DNA of 64,000 nt, taken from contig OY843751.1 in assembly GCA_963693055.1 (NCBI GenBank), forward strand, positions 3,072,001 to 3,136,000, given 5' to 3'. The DNA comes from a bacterium. Lineage in GTDB: Bacteria; Zhuqueibacterota; Zhuqueibacteria; Residuimicrobiales; Krinioviventaceae. Made by a program: the position numbers and the translations under genes. The notes beneath the pieces are model-generated. The model saw nothing but the letters and a program-made list of their open reading frames with translations. It made no database searches and was not told the origin of the DNA. Positions within the stretch are counted from its first letter, which is position 1. Each line of letters begins with the position of its first letter. Positions 59,894 to 64,000 of the stretch are shown here, piece after piece.

Positions 59894-59992
59894 TTGAATA
59901 CTCGATAATTGTTATTATATTTTATATAAATATGATAATCTTAATTTTGACAAATTGCAATTCAATTATAAGGTAAAATCACCGGGATCTAT

Positions 59993-61816
59993 ATGTATAA
60001 AAAATCGACCCCATTATATTTTTTACTTCATTATATACAAAAATACAAATTTATTCTGGCAATTGGTATTGTTTTTATTTTAATCACAACAGCATTGCAG
60101 GTATTGAATCCCTGGCTGATAAAGTATGCTATAGATTATATATCTTCTATAAAAACGGCTAATCCTGAAACTATGCTTCCCTTGATGGATACTGTATTAT
60201 CTTTTGTATCTATTGACTCTCCCACCCTTGTTTTGCTTGTTTATATATTCATCATAATCATAGCTACTATATTCCAGGGTATTTTTAGATTTCTAATGCG
60301 TTATACCATAATTGGTGTATCCAGAAAAATAGAATATGACATCCGGAATGATTACTTTACCCACCTTCAACGACTAACCCAATCCTTTTATCAAAGGAAC
60401 CAAATGGGTGATCTTATGGCAAGGGCAACCAATGATTTAAACGCAGTCAGATCGCTTTTTGGTCCCGGAATTATGTATATGGTTACAACATTTTTCCTCT
60501 TTGTTATTACCATATCCTTTATGTTAAGCATAAATAAAACATTAACATTATGGGCGTTGCTTATTGTTCCTGTTTCAATATGGTTGGTTTATAAATTGGT
60601 TTCTAAAATAGAATCTCTTTTCAAAATCATACAGGAACAGTTTTCAAAACTTACCGCTACTACAGAAGAAAGTATTAATGGTATTCGAGTAATAAAGTCT
60701 TATACCCGTGAAGAACCATTTATAGCTAAATTCAACAAAGAAAGTAAAGACCTTGTAGATAAAAATCTGGCTTTGGCAAAGATAAGGGCTATGCTCCGCT
60801 CTTTGATACAATTTACAACCAGTATCGGATTGTTAATCATCCTGTGGGTAGGTGGACAAAAAATCATAAATCAAACATTAACCATAGGTGATTTGGTTGC
60901 ATTTTTTGCATATCTGGCCATGTTGACCTGGCCCATGATTGCTTTTGGTTGGGTTTTAAATGTATGGCAGCAAGGTCTTGCATCTGTAAAGAGAATTATT
61001 GCCATTATGGATGAAAAACCGGAATTTGAGGACAATGACCTTACCAATCATTCTATTCAGAATATTGAAGGGAAAATAGAGTTCCAAAATGTCTGTTTTT
61101 CATATCACGCAGATGAGCCGGAAATCCTTCATAATATAAATTTAACTATAGAAAAAGGTACTACAGTTGCTATTGTAGGGGCAACAGGATCTGGAAAAAC
61201 ATCACTTATAAATCTTGTACCCAGATTAAATGATATTCAAAAAGGTTCAATAAAAATTGATGGCAATGAATTACGTGAAATCCCCTTAAAAGTATTAAGA
61301 AATAACATAGGCTATGTTCCTCAAGAAAGCTTTTTATTCTCAGACACAATTGAAAACAATTTACTATTAGGAATAAATGATCCTGACAGTGAGGCACTTG
61401 AACATGCACTGCAAGTGTCACAGCTTTCTTCAGATATGGACCAGTTTCCTGAAATGCTTGATACAATAGTTGGAGAACGAGGTATTACTTTATCGGGCGG
61501 ACAAAAACAACGAGCGGCTATTGCCAGAGCGATCATAAAAAAACCCAGTATATTAATATTTGATGATTCACTGAGCGCAGTTGATACCTATACAGAAGAA
61601 AAAATTCTTAGTGGATTACGAAATGTAATGCAAGATTGTACATCTATTATTGTTTCTCATCGTATATCAACAGTAAAACATGCAGACAAAATCATTGTTA
61701 TTGATAATGGCAATATTGTTGAGGAAGGTGATCATACAGAGCTTTTAGACAGGAAAGGTGAGTATTTCAAATTATACCAGCGCCAATTGCTGGAAAAATC
61801 ACTTGAAGAATTATGA
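59993..61816 (+). CDS. ABC exporter, fused TMD-NBD (heterodimer half 1)
   Basis: GDLMARATND, GATGSGKT, LSGGQKQR, IFDDSLS (degenerate catalytic Glu). Confidence 0.94.
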   Translation: MYKKSTPLYFLLHYIQKYKFILAIGIVFILITTALQVLNPWLIKYAIDYISSIKTANPETMLPLMDTVLSFVSIDSPTLVLLVYIFIIIIATIFQGIFRFLMRYTIIGVSRKIEYDIRNDYFTHLQRLTQSFYQRNQMGDLMARATNDLNAVRSLFGPGIMYMVTTFFLFVITISFMLSINKTLTLWALLIVPVSIWLVYKLVSKIESLFKIIQEQFSKLTATTEESINGIRVIKSYTREEPFIAKFNKESKDLVDKNLALAKIRAMLRSLIQFTTSIGLLIILWVGGQKIINQTLTIGDLVAFFAYLAMLTWPMIAFGWVLNVWQQGLASVKRIIAIMDEKPEFEDNDLTNHSIQNIEGKIEFQNVCFSYHADEPEILHNINLTIEKGTTVAIVGATGSGKTSLINLVPRLNDIQKGSIKIDGNELREIPLKVLRNNIGYVPQESFLFSDTIENNLLLGINDPDSEALEHALQVSQLSSDMDQFPEMLDTIVGERGITLSGGQKQRAAIARAIIKKPSILIFDDSLSAVDTYTEEKILSGLRNVMQDCTSIIVSHRISTVKHADKIIVIDNGNIVEEGDHTELLDRKGEYFKLYQRQLLEKSLEEL

Positions 61817-63609
61817 GTATAAAAGAAGAAGAAAAACTAAATCAGGTACTAGACAGTCAACTCATTAAAAGACTGTTTGTATTTTTACTTCCTTATAAAT
61901 GGAAACTCGCACAAGCATTATTTTTTCTGGTAATTTTTGCATTGTGTGAATTGGCAGGTCCATATCTGATCAAGATTGCAATTGATAAAGAGATAGTTGC
62001 AAAAAACATCCATGGATTAGCACTTGTATCTGGTGTTTACTTTATTGTTATTACAGTTCAATTTATTGTCAATTATCTAAATCAATATATCACACAATGG
62101 CTGGGTCAGCATGTGATGTATGATATCCGTAAAATTGTATATGATCACATACAAAAGTTACCCTTGTCGTATTTTGACAAAAACCCTGTAGGCCGCTTGG
62201 TAACACGTCTTACTAATGACATAGAAACTTTGAACGAAATGCTATCAAGCGGTGTTGTATCATTATTTGGGGATCTGTTTGTTTTGATAGGCATTATAGC
62301 AGCTATGCTTCATTTGAATTGGAAGCTTGCCCTATTGACATTTGCAATTATCCCTGTAATTTTTTATGCCTCATTTCTGTTCAGAACGCGTGTTAGGGAA
62401 TCCTTTCGTAAAATCAGAGTACGTATAGCAAAAATCAATACTTTTCTACAAGAAAACTTGTCGGGTATGGCTATTGTACAATTATTCAACAGACAAGCAC
62501 AGAACGAAAAAGATTTCAAGGAACTCAATAAAGACCATATGCAGGCACATATCGAAACCATTCGTTATTTTGCAATATATTTTCCAACAATTGAATTATT
62601 GAGTACGGCAGCGCTAATGTTAATCATCTGGTATGGTGGTGTTCAGGTCTTTCATGATGCAGTAACCCTCGGTGTTGTAGTCGCATTTATTCAATACGCT
62701 CAACGTTTTTTTCAACCTATCAGAGATTTGTCAGATAAATACAACATTCTGCAATCGGCAATGGCCTCAAGTGAACGTATTTTTCAATTGCTTGATACCC
62801 CCATTCAACAAAACACATTAAAAGACGAGATAAAGTCATCAACCACAAAAGGCAAAATAGAGTTTAGAAATGTAAATTTTTCTTATAAAGAAAATGAACC
62901 GGTTTTAAAAAACGTATCCTTTACGGTTGAACCTGGTGAAAAAATCGCCATTGTAGGTGCAACAGGATCAGGAAAAACAACGCTTACAAGTTTGCTTACA
63001 CGTATGTATGAAGTGTTTGATGGAACTATATTGATTGACGACCAAGATATAAGCCAGATCCCTTTCAAAAAATTGCGAAAAAAAGTGGGTACCGTTCAGC
63101 AAGACAATTTTATTTTTACAGGTTCTATACGTGACAATATTCAACTTGAAAATCCCGAAATTGATGATGTAATCATACAAAAAGCGGCAACGAATGTGAA
63201 TGCCGCACCGTTTATTGAAAAATTGCCAAAAAAATATGATCATATTTTATATGAAAGAGGCAACAATCTTTCAATGGGACAAAAACAACTTTTATCATTT
63301 GCCAGAGCTCTGGCTTATGATCCGGATATTCTGATTATGGATGAAGCGACTTCAAATGTAGATACCGAGACAGAACTGTTGATTAGGGATGCTATTCAAA
63401 AACTACTCAGCAACAGGACTTCGATCATCATAGCACATCGATTATCAACCATTCAATTTGTTGATCGTATTATAGTCATGCACAAAGGTGAGATTCGTGA
63501 AATGGGCACACATGAAGAACTGGTCCAACAAAAAGGGATATACCACAGACTATCAAGCCTTCAATTTGATAATATGGAACCAAGTTATTCAAGCGAGGGA
63601 GCAGCATGA
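61813..63609 (+). CDS. ABC exporter, fused TMD-NBD (heterodimer half 2)
   Basis: GRLVTRLTND, GATGSGKT, LSMGQKQL, MDEATS, AHRLST. Confidence 0.94.
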   Translation: MSIKEEEKLNQVLDSQLIKRLFVFLLPYKWKLAQALFFLVIFALCELAGPYLIKIAIDKEIVAKNIHGLALVSGVYFIVITVQFIVNYLNQYITQWLGQHVMYDIRKIVYDHIQKLPLSYFDKNPVGRLVTRLTNDIETLNEMLSSGVVSLFGDLFVLIGIIAAMLHLNWKLALLTFAIIPVIFYASFLFRTRVRESFRKIRVRIAKINTFLQENLSGMAIVQLFNRQAQNEKDFKELNKDHMQAHIETIRYFAIYFPTIELLSTAALMLIIWYGGVQVFHDAVTLGVVVAFIQYAQRFFQPIRDLSDKYNILQSAMASSERIFQLLDTPIQQNTLKDEIKSSTTKGKIEFRNVNFSYKENEPVLKNVSFTVEPGEKIAIVGATGSGKTTLTSLLTRMYEVFDGTILIDDQDISQIPFKKLRKKVGTVQQDNFIFTGSIRDNIQLENPEIDDVIIQKAATNVNAAPFIEKLPKKYDHILYERGNNLSMGQKQLLSFARALAYDPDILIMDEATSNVDTETELLIRDAIQKLLSNRTSIIIAHRLSTIQFVDRIIVMHKGEIREMGTHEELVQQKGIYHRLSSLQFDNMEPSYSSEGAA

Positions 63610-64000
63610 AAAACAGAACTGCTATCATAACCGGTGCTACCGGAGCATTGGGAAAAACTGTTACCGAACTTTTTAGAAAAGACAGCCAAGTTATAGCTAT
63701 TGCAAGAGATAAAGCAAAATTGAGCTTGCTTGAAAAACCCGGTTCCTCTTCACCCATTAAAACCATTGCGGCTGATATAACTCGTGTTGATCAGGTAAAA
63801 ATGGCAATATCCGAAATTATTCAGGAATTCGGGTCTATTGATATATTTGTACATTTAGCCGGTGGATTCAGTGGCGGCAAATCAATTGCAGATACAGATA
63901 TTGACACCTGGGATTCAATGATGAATTTAAATCTCAAATCTGCTTTTTTATTCGCAAAATATGTCTTACCGGAAATGCAAAAGCAAAAACATGGTAAAAT
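63606..64000 (+). CDS. SDR-family oxidoreductase (3' end beyond window; not in ORF track)
   Basis: Translated by hand: MKNRTAIITGATGALGKTV...ADIT...FGSIDIFVHLAGGFSGG...NLKSAF. Confidence 0.88.
   Translation, partial: MKNRTAIITGATGALGKTVTELFRKDSQVIAIARDKAKLSLLEKPGSSSPIKTIAADITRVDQVKMAISEIIQEFGSIDIFVHLAGGFSGGKSIADTDIDTWDSMMNLNLKSAFLFAKYVLPEMQKQKHGK

Noticed and set aside
59993-63609. Degenerate Walker B (DD) in the first ABC gene as a pseudo-enzyme
   Set aside because: An asymmetric degenerate site is the normal state of heterodimeric ABC exporters
1-64000. CRISPR array, tRNA/rRNA, IS element, integrase, prophage or known defence system
   Set aside because: No regularly spaced repeats, cloverleafs, transposase or phage motifs seen. 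Intergenic gaps are short and explained by promoters and terminators. The sirtuin and MazG are housekeeping types (CobB, tandem-domain MazG), not the defence-associated variants.

Overview
AT-rich bacterial chromosomal segment, densely coding (about 62 CDS). I found no rRNA, tRNA, CRISPR array, transposase, integrase or prophage. PorV-like, PorW-like and FlgD/T9SS-CTD proteins, a TonB receptor and tatA next to gatA suggest a diderm FCB-related lineage such as KSB1 or Calditrichota (inference). From left to right: (1) a minus-strand housekeeping run ecfT-truA-tal-htrA-purB-purC-psd-pssA-DUF4321-tatA-tatA-gatA-gatB-efp-accB; (2) an OPT transporter / PqqD(RRE)-like / M29-like operon; (3) gcvPB followed by a c-di-GMP and two-component module; (4) a FadD-like gene, EF-G2, HIT and mazG; (5) a class III cyclase plus PorV-TPR cassette bracketed by a degenerate direct repeat; (6) cobB, a TPR lipoprotein, pyrKD, rlpA, cdsA; (7) rubredoxin, a CAT-like gene, pfpI, AIM24, queA and others; (8) ampS, pruA and a CTD-only secreted protein; (9) a nikR-TonB receptor-ECF S-methyltransferase operon with a clear NikR operator; (10) MEMO1, mltD, SWIM and TPR genes; (11) a giant PAS/GAF kinase with a NarL-type regulator; (12) a heterodimeric ABC exporter. 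Best leads: a promoter-flanked ~78-nt structured RNA with two C6 tracts (54588-54665), the NikR-controlled TonB/ECF/methyltransferase operon, a REC-pseudo-HisKA protein, the OPT-RRE-pseudopeptidase module, several apparent pseudo-enzymes (PurC, FadD, M29) and an EF-P with an Arg loop (KMGRGSA). All assignments come from motif recognition by eye; no database searches were run.
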